Notes: generated by a model not told the origin, from the sequence alone. Positions 39,601 through 53,089 are shown, counted from the first letter of the stretch. The stretch: 64,000 nt of DNA from Octopus vulgaris (GCA_951406725.2 OX597828.1:2542001-2606000); one strand, 5' to 3'. Numbers and translations are program-made.

Positions 39601-40468
39601 ATCTCCACGCAAACGGCAACAACACCCTTACACTTTCATTCGCAACCTAGGCATATCAGGCACACAGTAGACTCGACTAACATTCTGTTGTTGGTCACTG
39701 CATGCCTGACGGATTTCATTTTCGTTTTCCACGCAGTAGTCACTCCTGGAAATTTTTCAATGCTATTATTTTAAATAGTCTTATTTTCACACCCATACTA
39801 CTTAGTATAAAGTCATTGTGTAGTCTGGTATAGTTATCTCCGTAGATAGTCCCTCCCGTATATTTCCGTTTAACTTTTAATCAGTTTTAAATTTATAGTT
39901 ATTTCTGTGCCGCTTTTGAAAAGAATTGTCATTAAGGCTAATAATTTTCTTCGTTACTTAATATTTCAATAAACTAAAAATTACTTTTAGCGCTTTACAT
40001 TATTTTATATCACACTTGGGTATTTATCCTTATGTATTATATAATCCTACAGTCATTGCCTTAGATTCTGTGTTAATTTCAGATGCACCACGCCGGTATT
40101 GTAATGCTTTAACCAACGTGATAAGAAAATCTAGTTTAACCTGCTTCAAGAAATTTAGAGCAAATATTCAAAGGAAGGTAAATTCTCAAAAAAAAAAAAA
40201 AAAAAGAAGAAAAAGAAAGAAAGAAAAACAGAGGAAAGAAATACGAAAAAGAAAAACTGGTTTGGTGACTTCAGATTCCCTTCACTCCTTCGCGTTCCAC
40301 AATGAAACGGAATACTAGCACTTTCTGAAATTATTCTGCACCTCTCGCCGAAACGTGATACGTTTAATTTCCAATAGTAATCACGTGTTTCAAGAGAGGT
40401 GAAGATTGAAATTAGTAATACAACTCACAAAAGTATACTCACAAACATACACACACAAACACAAACAT

Positions 40469-40527
<59 letters not shown>

Positions 40528-40535
40528 AACACAAA

Positions 40536-40574
<39 letters not shown>

Positions 40575-40756
40575 ACACGTATGGATGTATGTTTATGTGT
40601 GAGTGTGTGTATACATTTTTAATTCATGTTGAGACATCCATCATTTACCCATACTCTGAGTTTCTCGTGTGTAGACGAACACACATTCACATACGCACGC
40701 ATACACACACACACACACACACACACACGTGTATATAGGTTTGAATGCATATCTAT

Positions 40757-40832
<76 letters not shown>

Positions 40833-41794
40833 TCTCCATAAGAAATGGTATCTTTGGACGAATATTGCAATAATTAGCTAATCAACATTGTATATAAATT
40901 AAGTATGATACACTGATGGTTACATACACATAGGCACACACACACACGCACACATGAACGTACGCACGTGCGAGCGCGCGCACACAGACACACATTAATT
41001 GATAAATGTAAGTAAAATGAAATTAGATAGAAACTGAAAACACAGTCACATACAATACATACCATGAGTTCAGCTGATTTGACACTAATGTTGCATTCAA
41101 TAAACGTGTTATGCATGAATTTATGTGTGCACGCACACACGCGCGCGCATACACACACACACACACACTCATAATTATTTTTGTGCTCGTATATGCGTGT
41201 GTTTTAAATCATTGCATGACACGTTTATACGCTACACACAATTCTTTGTACATATGCAGAACATATAACGCTCTCATGAACTTAATCATACCCATCGATT
41301 AATATATGATATTTTACAGTTCTGTTTACGATATATTTTAGGACGATAGCCATGGGCGGGAAACTTATATAACCCCGCGAACCCATGATTTTGATGAGAT
41401 ACACTAGGAACATGCATCACAACCATATGTGCGCAACATGGTGATCTCATATCAAAATATACAGCGCATGACCTTGCAGGTGAGGTCCAGTTAGAAATTT
41501 CTTCTGGTCGTGTAGCCCATCCCGTTCAAATTATCCCTAAATAAGAGTTGTTTAAGGATGTTGAACGAAACACCCATGCTTTCAGAGGTGAATTATTCAA
41601 ACCCCAAAGAATCCATCTCAACACATGGCTATGATGCTCCCCAACTACTTCTGCTCATGATCAGAGATGCACATATTGTCAACCACTAAAGGACATTCTC
41701 AACTGGTTATGGTCAAGCAACTGACAAGCAAATCTGTGATATTGAGCAGAATATTTGCTGTAGCCCATCTTTTTGTATCAAAACAATGTACATG

Positions 41795-41809
41795 ATTATT
41801 ATTATTATT

Positions 41810-41842
<33 letters not shown>

Positions 41843-41905
41843 CTTCTTCTTCTTCTTCTTCTTCTTCTTCTTCTTCTTCTTCTTCTTCTTCACTACTACT
41901 ACTAC

Positions 41906-41974
<69 letters not shown>
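41795..41974. repeat. Compound trinucleotide microsatellite (TTA-TTG-TTC-CTA-TTA); the terminal (TTA)n is the tail/target of the Dong element
   Basis: Direct reading. Confidence 0.95.
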
Positions 41975-41976
<2 letters not shown>

Positions 41977-44900
41977 TATGTTTGACTTTTGCTTTATGTT
42001 TGTACAAGTTGGCTCCAAGTCTCACCCAAAGACCTCAAGAGACAACAGGTTGGAAGTTCTGTGCCATATATTTGGGTTTTTTTTTTGGTGTTGTACTAGT
42101 GAATGTCTAATACATAAAAATAAAATTTAAAAAAAAATAAAATAAAATAAAATAACATAAAATAAATAAATAAATAAATAAATGAAAGTTTGTTTTAAAC
42201 CTTGGGATTACATAGAGAGTATTTTGCGTAGGATATGAGCAGTTCCCATGAGCACTATCTTTTGAATTTCTGCCATTTTGGGGTTTCCTGGTATCTGAGT
42301 TAGGTAGCAATTAGTCCCTGTCGCTATCATTCCCAGGGCACCTATGACAACAGGTATTGTTTTAGTCTTCAGCTTCCACATTTTGCTGATTTCTATTTCA
42401 CGATCTTTATATTTGCTCAGTTTTTGGTAGGTCTTGACAGATACGTTTATATCGATTGGGACAGTCATATCAATGAGGAGGCATGTTCTTTGTCTGAAGT
42501 CTTTCAATATGATGTCTGGCCTATTTGCATCTGTCTTCCTGTCAGTTTGAATGGTGAAGTTCCAGAGGAGTGAGATGTGGTCATTTTCAAGCACTGGAGG
42601 TGGATTGTGTTCCCACCAGTTTTTTTCATGGGGCAAATCCAGGTTTTTGCAAATTACCCAGTCAATATATTGTGCAGCTCTATCATGCCTGTTGAGGTAC
42701 TCTGTAGGCGCTAGAAGACTGCATTTGGAAACAACATGATCAATGGTTTCATTTTGTTGTCGGCATACACGACATGTTGGGCTACTGCCGTTCTTTAATA
42801 TGTTGGCCTGGTAGTTTCTTGTTGGTAGGCATTGATCTTGAGCTGCTATGATAAACCCCTCTGTTTCAGATTTTAAGCCAGAGGCCATTAGCCATTGATG
42901 GGTCAGGGCTTTGTCAATATCTGCATTATTCGCTCTCTTTGGGTATTTGCCATAGAGAGGTTTTTCTTGCCATTTATTATTCAGAATATCTAAGGCCGCA
43001 GTTTTGGCACGGGTTTTCATGCGCTTAGCTTTTTCTGTGCTTGTTTCTTGTATGTCTATCTAATTCCGAAATTGGTTGTATTCGGAATTCACTTAGATAT
43101 TCCTTTGCCTGTTTTGTGACTGAGTATGATGCTTTCTTGTTTTCATGTTTTGAGACAAGTTTTAACATCCAGTCCTCAGAGTTTTTCAGGTAGGTGTCTA
43201 GGCCAATTGTAGCAATCTTCATTGTTATTGCCAGTTCTAAAAGACCACGGCCTCCCTCTTTTCTTGGCAGATAGAGTCGTTCTGTATCTGCCTTAGGGTG
43301 GTGCATTCTATGCATTGTCAACAGTTTCCTTATTTTTCTGTCGAGCTGACATATTTCAGTAATTGACCAGTTAACAATATTGAAACTGTAAGTCACGACT
43401 GGTATAGCTAATGCATTGATCGCTTCGATCCTGTTTCTTGCATTCAGCTCTGTCTTGAGTATTGCTCTCACTCTTCGATAGCATTCTCTCCTGATCCTTT
43501 CCTTCATCTCTGAATGCCTTATTCCGTTCCCTTCAATTACCCCTAGGTACTTGTAGCTCTCCGCTGGGTCTAGTTCTTTTATGACATTCTGCTGGTCAAG
43601 GTTAACGTTAGATGTTTCTGTCATTTTTCCTTTGATAAAGGTAGCTTTTGCACATTTATCGAGGCCGAATTGCATTCTGATGTCGTCACTGAATTGTTTG
43701 ACTATCGCTAGTAAGCCCTTGAGTTGTTGGTCATTTTTTGCAAAAGCTTTAAATCATCCATGTAAATGAGATGATTTATATTTTTATCAAACATTTTATA
43801 CCCATACTGCGCATCATTGAGCAGCTTTGAGAGAGGTATTAAGGATAAACAAAAGAGGAGTGGTGACAGTGAGTCACCCTGGAAAATGCCACACGAAATT
43901 TTTACATCACCAGCATTTAGGGATTCATTGTCACTGTTCAGAGTTAGTGTGGTTCTCCATGATCTCATACTTACAGTCAAGAAGTTTCGCAGAGTAGGTG
44001 CTATCTTATACATTTCCAGGCATTTCCTAATCCAGCTATGTGGTAGGCTATCAAAAGCCTTTTTATAGTCTATCCAGGCTATTGATAAGTTTTTGTGTCG
44101 TTTGTGACAATCTTCTAAGATTATCTTATTGATGAGTAGTTGGTCTTTACAGCCGTAGGATCCACGTTTACATCCTTTCTGTTCATTAGGGAATATGCTG
44201 TTGTCTGTTAAAAACTATAGGTATATTCCGTCAGGACAGATGTTAGCGTTTTGTACATAGTTGTTAAGCAGGTTATGGGTCTATAGTTTTTTGGTTCATT
44301 TGTTTCTTCACTTTTTGGAAGCAGGAATGTTAACCCATTAACTAGCCAAGGAGGCATCCTACTAGGGTGTTGCAAAACATCATTGTACAGTTCTGTTAGC
44401 AGTTCATGGCTCTCTGGGAAGGCATTCAGCCAGAAGTTAGGAATTTTATCCCTTCCTGGAGACCTCCATTTGCTTGACCTCCTGAGAGCAGATCTTATAT
44501 CCTCTACCTTGACACCCTCCTACTTTTGCTCTTCTAAGGGGTCCAGTTCTGTAGATATTCTGTCAATCCAGGGGGCCTTTTCGTTGTGTGTTTTTTCTTC
44601 TGCCCAGATTTTATTCCAAAATCCCTGCACTTCTTCTTTTGATGGTACAGACCTTGCAGTAAAGGCTGTTTTTCCTATCTTCCTGTAATTTGTTGTTGCA
44701 GACGCTCTTGCCAAGAAGGCTTTTTGTGGGAATGTTGCCGTTTTCTAATCTTCACACCACATAGGATCGTTGAGATTTTCGCGGATGCATAGTATAGGTG
44801 GTTGAGGTTTGTGATATCAACATCATTAGCTGAAATTATATCCTTAAGTGCAAGCCGGATTTTACCAATTATTTTCATGTTTTGGTTAGAGTTGCGGATT

Positions 44901-45850
44901 TTAGGAAGTGTATCACGTTCATCCATGCTGGTTTCTTTAATTTTCAGCCATTCAATCATGATTTGATTTTTTAGCTCATGTAATTCTGTTGGGTCAATTT
45001 TTGTGTGACTTTCTTTATCTATTTGATGCTCATCTGTCTTAGTGTTTATGATTGGTTCAGGGAGTATTTCACTTTGCCTATCACTTATACTAACTCTTTC
45101 AATCCTCACTTCGCTTTTATCAGCCCTGGGCTGGTCTATAATTATTTCCTCTGTATTATCTTCTCTAGCTGCTGCTTCGTTCATTTTATCCGATATTGCT
45201 TGTCTAACTTGATCAATCTCTACTTCAGTCAGTAATTTCTTTTTTATAATGTTTCTTCTGACGTTGGCAAGTTTGTTACTGTCTATGTAGGGTCTTACTT
45301 TAGGGTGTTTCTGTCTCCAGTTTAAGTATGCTTGTACAGTGCTAGATTTATCTGTGGGGAAATATATGGCATGGTAGAAGGCCTCAAGAACTTCTTTATT
45401 ATCTTCCCTAGACCATTTTTCCTTCTTTTTCTTTTGATTATTTGGTGATGAGCATGGATGGCCATCTGTTGGAATATTCCGGTTGTGGGGTACGTCCAGC
45501 TCCTGTGTGTTGGGAAGATTTGATCCAGTAGCTGATTTTTCAATCAGAATTTTGTTCAATTTTCGGGTACGTGGTCTTTTGTAATCCGCGCAATGACCAA
45601 TGCGGTTTATTGTTTGATTTGTTGGCCTTGAAGCATGACGAGCTTCCATTCTTATATTAGGAGATGGATCTGTCAGTTTAGGGTTCACTACATGTAAGCA
45701 TTGCTCATAGTGCCGCTTCTTAAGACTAGCAGATCTATATTCGTCTGTATTTTTTTTGTTGATAGTTTTATCTCCGAACATTTTTTTTTTTTTTTCATTT
45801 TTTTCCCTCTTCCTTTCTTCAAGGCTCACTCTGCCTGTATTAGTTCGAAA
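41975..45850 (-). mobile_element. Near full-length R4/Dong-clade non-LTR retrotransposon (single ORF: N-terminal domain, RT, CCHC finger, restriction-like endonuclease), disrupted
   Basis: ORF pieces 45829-44675, 44714-44520, 44013-43708 ([17 protein letters not shown]), 43675-43025, 43020-42208 (CRVC..H..C, RHD, RPDII..IDMTVP..KLSKY); (TAA)n at the 3' end and nearby at the 5' side. Confidence 0.96.
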
Positions 45851-46002
45851 TAATGAGAATAAAATACGGAGAAGGAAAAGAAAAAAAAGGGAAAAAGACG
45901 GGATCTTTCAGTTATTATTGTTATTACTATCACCTTCACCACCATCACCATCATCAGCAACATCACCATCACCATCATCATCATCAATGACGTTGTTTTA
46001 TG

Positions 46003-46033
<31 letters not shown>

Positions 46034-46034
46034 G

Positions 46035-46117
<83 letters not shown>

Positions 46118-46118
<1 letters not shown>

Positions 46119-46335
46119 GGCGGCGAGCTAGCAGAATTGTTCGTACGCCGGACGAAATACTAAGTGGCGTTTCGCTTGTCTTTATGCTCTGAGTTCAAAT
46201 TCAGCCGAGGTCGACTTTGCCCTTCATCCATTCTGGGTCGTTAAATTAAGTGCCAGTTGTGTACTGGGGTCGATCTAATCAACTGGCCCCCAACTCCCCC
46301 AAAATTTCGGTCCTTGTGCCTAGAGTAGAAAAGAT
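46118..46335 (+). mobile_element. SINE family B inserted in (TTA)n
   Basis: ggcggcgagctagcagaa..ccttgtgcctagagtagaaaagatta. Confidence 0.87.
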
Positions 46336-46434
46336 TACTATTATTATTAAATGAATGAATGTATATATGTATATATGTGACACAAACATACACACACAAA
46401 CAAGTTTTCTGTGTTCCATGTTCACTAAATTGGT

Positions 46435-46489
<55 letters not shown>

Positions 46490-46494
46490 ACACA

Positions 46495-47070
46495 CACATG
46501 ACAGAAGTTAATAGACACCCTTATTTCTTTAAATCTGAAATTATGCATTCAAATTATTTATTAATTGTTATAATGTGGATATTTAATATTTAATAGACAT
46601 GCCCTTTGCATTTTTCAACGCTAGAACCCTATTAGACATGTTACTGATCAAGATGACGAATATTCTCTTGAGGAATTTCTTGCCAAGTTTCATGCAGTAA
46701 TATCAAAAGATATGGCTTTGAAGATACTTTCTTATTCTTTTTATAAAGTGTCCCATCCACTCCACCAGCTCTGATCAACCATTGCTGTTTCATTGTTGGT
46801 TGCAATCTTTTTACATCAAATTCTTGATCACGGAGTCTCCAGACCCACACTCGACCACTGTCAGGAAATACAGCAAAATATGATAGCGTCCCGAAATGCT
46901 AATGGCCTCTCTACTATCTCACTGGTCCGATCTTTTCTCTGCTTGATGCTGGCTGGTCGAAGAAGTGGCTTCTTTCTTGCTTCTCTGCCATAGTAACCAA
47001 GTTTGGAATAAAAGGATGTTTTTATGGGGTGTCTATTCACTTCTGTCGTGTTTGTGTATACATACAACGT
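46495..47070 (-). pseudogene. Tc1-like transposase remnant, internally deleted
   Basis: GYYGREARKKPLL, VWRLRDQEFDVKRLQPTMK, WQEIPQENIRHL..NRVLALKNAKG..KY*; TIR-like catgacagaagttaatagacacc at ~46497. Confidence 0.85.
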
Positions 47071-47082
47071 GTGTGTGTGTGC

Positions 47083-47144
<62 letters not shown>

Positions 47145-48489
47145 ATATCTTTTATCTTTTTTTTTTGCTTCAGCCATTGGACTGTGGCCATACTGGGGCA
47201 CATCTTTGAAGGCCTTAATCGAGCAAATCGACTCCAGTACTTTATAAACGCATACAGAAACCCCTTGTTATTCAGAACAAAGTTATCACTGAGCAAGAAG
47301 ACTTACGATGAAAGACTTATTCATGTGTTTAATGGACTGTAGTCCATTATATCTTTGTGCATTTACACGGTATTGTGTGAGACGATGGAAATTTGGTTAC
47401 TCTTTCTAGCAAGCTGAACACTGAAAATAGCTGGGTGTTAGAAAACCGTCGCTCTCGGACAAAATTCACTTCACATTCAAATCTGAATGTCCTGAAATGC
47501 CGAATAACCTATTCGAAGAAAAAAACATTTGAAAAATCTCATACTTTAAAATAAAGTTACATATCTATAAATTAGTGAGATTATTTTTGTAAACATAGAC
47601 TAACTGACATAGTCTCACATGCGCTTATAATTAGCCCCTGTACTAAAAAGTTTCCCGGTGTTGCAGAAGTGGTCTTCAACTTGGAGCCTAAATTACCTAG
47701 TGGCCTCGGCTCTGCCCCTTGTTTTAGATTAGTTCTGTATGACTTGCTGATTCAGCACGTAACTCTAAATTATATATTTCAGGGTAGGGCTATAGGCGAC
47801 TTACAATATGGTCGTTAATATACATAAAAAAGCTCTACCCTTGATGTTTGTATCTGAAAATCAATAATATATTTTATGATCTTATATCTTTTTTACATTC
47901 GAGTATACTACTACGCTCTAATTTTGACATTGCTATTTTGTTTTAAAGTATTTTTCATTATACGACGTGTAAATACGACGTTTATATGACGAGTACAAAT
48001 ATTATGAATCTCGGATTTTCAATGATTTTCAGCCACTTGCGACCCACATAGGATAAGGTGATAAAAGTGCTACAACACACTATCAACATTTTAAAAGCTT
48101 AGACATAAAAAATTCAATTGTTTTAAAACAGAAATGGATGCACATTTTACATATTGATTAAAGGAATATATATGCGTCAGTATGCTACATTAAAAACAAT
48201 CAAGTTTTCTAAATATCCTGGTATTTTCCGACTGACCTGTAGAACAACACACCTGCAGATATTAAGCAATACAGGAGTTAAAGGTGCCTAATTGAAAGCA
48301 AAACCAATCTTAGTGGCATTTCAACTTCGAACATAAAAACAATGTAAATTAAAAAATACATTTAAAAAAATTAATCAATACTATAGAAGGAATGAATTTG
48401 ATTGAATTGATAGCAGAATATTAGTAATACATTTTTCGACTATAACAGGATTTGAACTCATGTCAACCCCCCCAGCGAAATATAATGCA

Positions 48490-48857
48490 CTAGCACTCTG
48501 ACCCGGCAACGCTGGGTCATACTGCTAGTGCATGCATATACAGCTGCATGCGTGCGCACATACACGCGAGTACTGTCCAAATCTCCGACCAATCACATAC
48601 AGCTAGCTGGCATTCAATTGGCGTATCAAGTTTCGGGCATTTTGATTGGGTTTTGGATAGAAAATTCACAAAAAAGTCAATTCTATTGATTTTTTAATGG
48701 CTTTGCGGGGTGACTGGGGAAATGTAAAGAGGTGTACGACCACCCTCGGACGGTTTTAAATGACCATAGAAAGTGCAAGCCCTCTAACTGAAAAATTGTG
48801 GATTTGTATAAAGGACACACACACAAAGACAGACATTTTGCCGTTTATATATAGAGA
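48490..48857 (-). mobile_element. Complete 368-bp non-autonomous Helitron
   Basis: Minus strand A|TCTCTATATATAAAC ... hairpin GACCCAGCGTTGCCGGGTC ... TGCTAG|T; AT target, no TSD. Confidence 0.88.
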
Positions 48858-49502
48858 TAACATCCTAATTAATCATTTTCACAAAGATCTGCAAGTTTAA
48901 TTTGATAAATCTTGAGATGCAATTCTATATATTTTGGAATTTAATATTCATAAATAATTGGATACTTACAAATGTAAATGCATATTTTGCAATTTAATGG
49001 ATATTTACAAAGTATCTTAAAGTGTTCTGAATTTTAATGAATACTTGGTAAAGTGAAATCATTTGTTTACACCCACACACTCATATACCGTTTACCTCAC
49101 TTCTCCATCCCTGCTCTCTCCCTGTGAACTTGCGTCAGTGCATATGTTCAATTAAAATTATATTCTTTTCCACTCTAGACACAAGACCTGAAATTTTTGG
49201 AGAGGGAACAGTCGATTAGATCGCAGCGGAATTTGAACACAGAACGTAAAGTTAGTTTAAATAGAATTCTAACTTCTTACGTAGGAACTAAGATTCGGGT
49301 TAAACAGCACAGGAGATGATATAGTGACTATGAATAAGCGATTCAGGACGGTATTGATTTTAGTTGTCTTATGAAGGTTAGGGTTGTTGAGAGAATACAG
49401 CATTTAGTTTCGTCATTTTACATTCTGACCGTTAATTCTATTTATTTCCACATTACCTTTCATCCTTCGATACTTTCCTATATACCCTTCGAAGGAAAAA
49501 TT

Positions 49503-49901
49503 GGCGACTGGGTGGTATGTAGGCAGAAACGTTAGCACGCCGGGCGAAATGCTTAGCGGTATTTCGTCTGCGTTACGTTGTGAGTTCAAATTCCGCCGAG
49601 GTCGACTTTGCCTTTCATCCTTTCGGGGTCGATAAATTAAGTACCAGTTACGCACTGTAATCGACTTAATACCTATGTCTGTCCTTGTTTGTCCCCTCTG
49701 TGTTTAGCCCCTTGTGGGTAATAAAGAAATAGGTATGTAGCTTGCTTACGAACCACATGGTTCCGGGTTCAGTCCCACTGCGTGGCACCTTGGGCAAGTG
49801 TCTTCTACTATAGCCTCGGTCCGACCAAAGCCTTGTGAGTGTATTTGGTAGACGGAAACTGAAAGAAGCCCGTCGTATATATGTGTGTGTGCGTGTGTAT
49901 G

Positions 49902-49936
<35 letters not shown>

Positions 49937-50143
49937 ATGTTTGTGTGTCTGTAGTTGTCACCCCAACATTGCTTGACAACCGATGCTGGTGTGTTTACAT
50001 CCCCGTAACTTAGCGGTTCGGCAAAAGAGACCGAGAGAATAAGTACTAGGCTTCCAAAGAATAAGTCCTGGGGTCGATTTGCTCGACTAAAGGTGGTGCT
50101 CCAGCATGGCCGCAGTCAAATGACTGAAACAAGTAAAAGAGTA
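49503..50143 (+). mobile_element. SINE family A whose head is interrupted by a family B SINE
   Basis: gcgactgggtggtatgtag|insert|cttgcttacgaaccacatggttcc.. to tail aagtaaaagag. Confidence 0.88.
49523..49731 (+). mobile_element. Young SINE family B variant with an alternative 3' tail and 9-bp TSD
   Basis: TSD ggtatgtag at 49514-49522 and 49732-49740; tail gtccttgtttgtcccct..gccccttgtgggtaataaagaaat. Confidence 0.88.
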
Positions 50144-50723
50144 AGTTAAATAATACAGTGACTACAATTCACAAAGCTGTGTATAGTTTCACTTTATAAA
50201 GATGTAGATTGCGGCGGCAAGAATCAAATGTATCTCTTATTATAAAAGGCAGATTTTATCTGCCTCCCTTTGTCTCTTATAGAAATCTACAATATAGGAT
50301 TTCTTCAATTACAATTTACCTAGCATTTTTAAGAGTAGAATGCATCGGGTTTTGCCAGGTCCGGTTTTTAAAATCTCAACCCCAATTAAGCAAAATTTAG
50401 AGAAAACTCACATTGTGGTGTATATGTCAAATGCTTTTCTTAGTTTGGGCTACAGCACACGCAAACGCACACACACAGTGTGCAGCGAATAAAGTGAAAC
50501 TAATTCACTGTGTGTGTGTTGACAGTTAGACAATAGAATGCGATGGCGATGGCGATGTAATATTTGTTTCTGTCTATGACGCTGATAGATACATGAGTAA
50601 AATGTATGGGAAGCTAAGAGATAAGAGTGAGTGAAAATGTTCTTGGAAGAGAGTAAATAGCAAGAGAGTGATTTGAGGAAGACTTTACATTAAATAACCG
50701 TAGTGGCTTGTATATATATATAT

Positions 50724-50982
50724 ATACATACATAAGACAGTAAGGTGTGATTTGAGGGAGATTTGGCTGCTATTTCTGCCATGTAGGGGTCTCCCTCATA
50801 GGCTCATACATACATATATACATAGATAAGACAGTAAGGTGTGATTTGGGGGAAATTTGGCTGCTATTTCTACCAGGTCTAGCTACCATGTAGAGGTCCC
50901 CTCATTGGCTCATATATATATACATACATAAGACAGTAAGGTGTGATTTGAGGAGATTTGGCTGCTGTTTCTACCAGGTCTG
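50724..50982. repeat. ~100-bp tandem triplication
   Basis: ataagacagtaaggtgtgatttg..atttggctgct at ~50732, ~50826, ~50928. Confidence 0.88.
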
Positions 50983-51189
50983 TTACGCCTTCTCATGTAA
51001 ACTCAAGCTTTCTCATGCCTTGAACATAAGACCAAAGCAGAGAATGTATTCTTTTATTCTTCTGCTTTTTCCAGCCATTGGTCTGTGGCCATGCTGGGGC
51101 AATGCCTTGAAGAATTGTAGTTTAATGAATCAACTCCATCAATTTTTCCCATTTTTAATCCATTTTTGACATATATAAGGGAAGTAACT

Positions 51190-51351
51190 CTCTAAAATTT
51201 ATTATTAAATCTCAGAACGTAAAAAGCTACAGTAACACCCCCCCTCTTTGTGGTTAGCCATATTGAGATGGCTATTATACTTTACATCTCTAAAAATGCT
51301 TATATAATTATTTCCCTTACAAACCCGAGCAACGCCGGGCGATACTGCTAG
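51190..51351 (+). mobile_element. Short non-autonomous Helitron (3' end clear, 5' end approximate)
   Basis: Hairpin cccgagcaacgccggg then cgatactgCTAG|T at 51348-51351. Confidence 0.7.
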
Positions 51352-51900
51352 TTATTTACTATAGATATAGCATAAAGCTAATAAAACGCAGGACTAACAC
51401 GCCCATCGTCTCTAATTAGTCTGGCAGAAGCACGCCTCAATATATACAGCTGAATATTGCTGAAATGTCATGCCAGACAGGTTAGCCAAATGAAATAGCT
51501 CAACCATGAATAGAAGCTCGACATGCTGGGATTCATTTTGAAAATATTTAATTGCTTAGTCAGACAAAAAAGAACAACGTACATAACCCTTATCCCTTTT
51601 TAGCGACCCCGTAACTAGTGGGAAAAAAGGAAGGAAGTTATTTTCAGGTGAGATGTATTGCTTGAATGCTTACAGTAGAGCTGATACGGCTAAAAGCACC
51701 TAAAGGACCACATCCAATGATAAACTGAACAACGGTTTAGGTCTACCACCTAGTCTAAAGTTTTATTATTAAATTATCTGTACTGTAGCACTGGCACTTA
51801 ATGAATTTACTGAATACAAATGAGGGAAATATTTGTAAGGATTAAAGGTTGTGAGATTTGTTGCGCATTGCAGAAACTCTGTGTGTGTGCGCGCGTTATC

Positions 51901-51993
<93 letters not shown>

Positions 51994-52382
51994 CATACAC
52001 ACAGATACATGCATATACATACACACTGCTGCTGCTAATGTACTGGTTTATGTACAAATATTTATTTTGGCAGAAGACATAAATGAAATATTTGATACAA
52101 CTAAACGAGAAAAACCTGTTCAATCCGAATGAATATTGGGTTGTATGTCGTCAGGTAAGGTATTTAGCCTACGTAAACTATTTGCATTTCGCGCTCACAT
52201 ATGTGGTTGGTCTTTTATATAAGATGTATTTTAAAGAAAATTATTAGATGACCTCTTTTAAAGAATTGCTGTGATACATCACCATTTACAGGCCGCTATT
52301 TAGAAATTTCAATAAACCAGAAATCATTATATCAAGATAAAGAAGTTGCATTTAATAAGCAAATAAATAGCTACTAATAACA

Positions 52383-52578
52383 TTGGTTTCAAAATCTGGC
52401 ATAAGGCCATCAGTTTCGGGGAAGGGGTCAAGTTGATTACCTCAACCCCCAGTGCTCAATGGTACTTATTTTTTAGACCCCGAAAATATGAAAGGCAAAG
52501 TCCACCTTGGTAGAATTTGAACTTAAAACACGACAGACGAAATGCCAGGTTTGCTAACGATTCTGCCAGCTCGCCGCT
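52383..52578 (-). mobile_element. SINE family B
   Basis: Reverse complement core. Confidence 0.85.
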
Positions 52579-52587
52579 GTATAACTA

Positions 52588-52980
52588 GTGGGACAACGAA
52601 ACCGTTATGCATGCACTTGCTCAGTGGCCGAGTACTGCTGACACGTGGAGTTAATGTTGAACAGTTTCTATCACATGCAGCGGGGAATCCGCTATCGAAG
52701 CCCACTGAAGACCGCTGCCTTCCTTTAGCCAGGAACTGCGCCCAACCATTATCTATCTGGGGGCTTTGGCGAAAGAAATTGTGTAGTGGAAGGGATTGAA
52801 AGGGCTGGAGGTAAACACATTCCTCTGTGGCCAAGCCGTCATAAATTTTTACAAGTTTCAATTGAAAAGGCACACGAGGTAATGTGTGAAGTGCTTCCTC
52901 TCAGCAAATTTGTTGAAAGATGGATGAGAGTAGTGAGCATGGCCGAGTGAATTGGCCAGCTCTGAGCATGAGCCAGTAGA
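52588..52980 (+). pseudogene. Older Tx1/L1-like LINE 3' fragment, homologous to 32684-33120
   Basis: NETVMHAL..; gcgaaaga..gattgaaagggct..tggccaag..agcaaatttgttgaaagatgg aligns with the 33 kb copy. Confidence 0.75.
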
Positions 52981-53089
52981 CTGAGGAAAAACAGCTTGCA
53001 GAGGGCACGTGTCTTAGTAAGTGAAGGTGATTGAAGTTGATAACGGCCCCTTACTGCTTCCCTTTCTGTGCCTTACATAGACAAGACTT

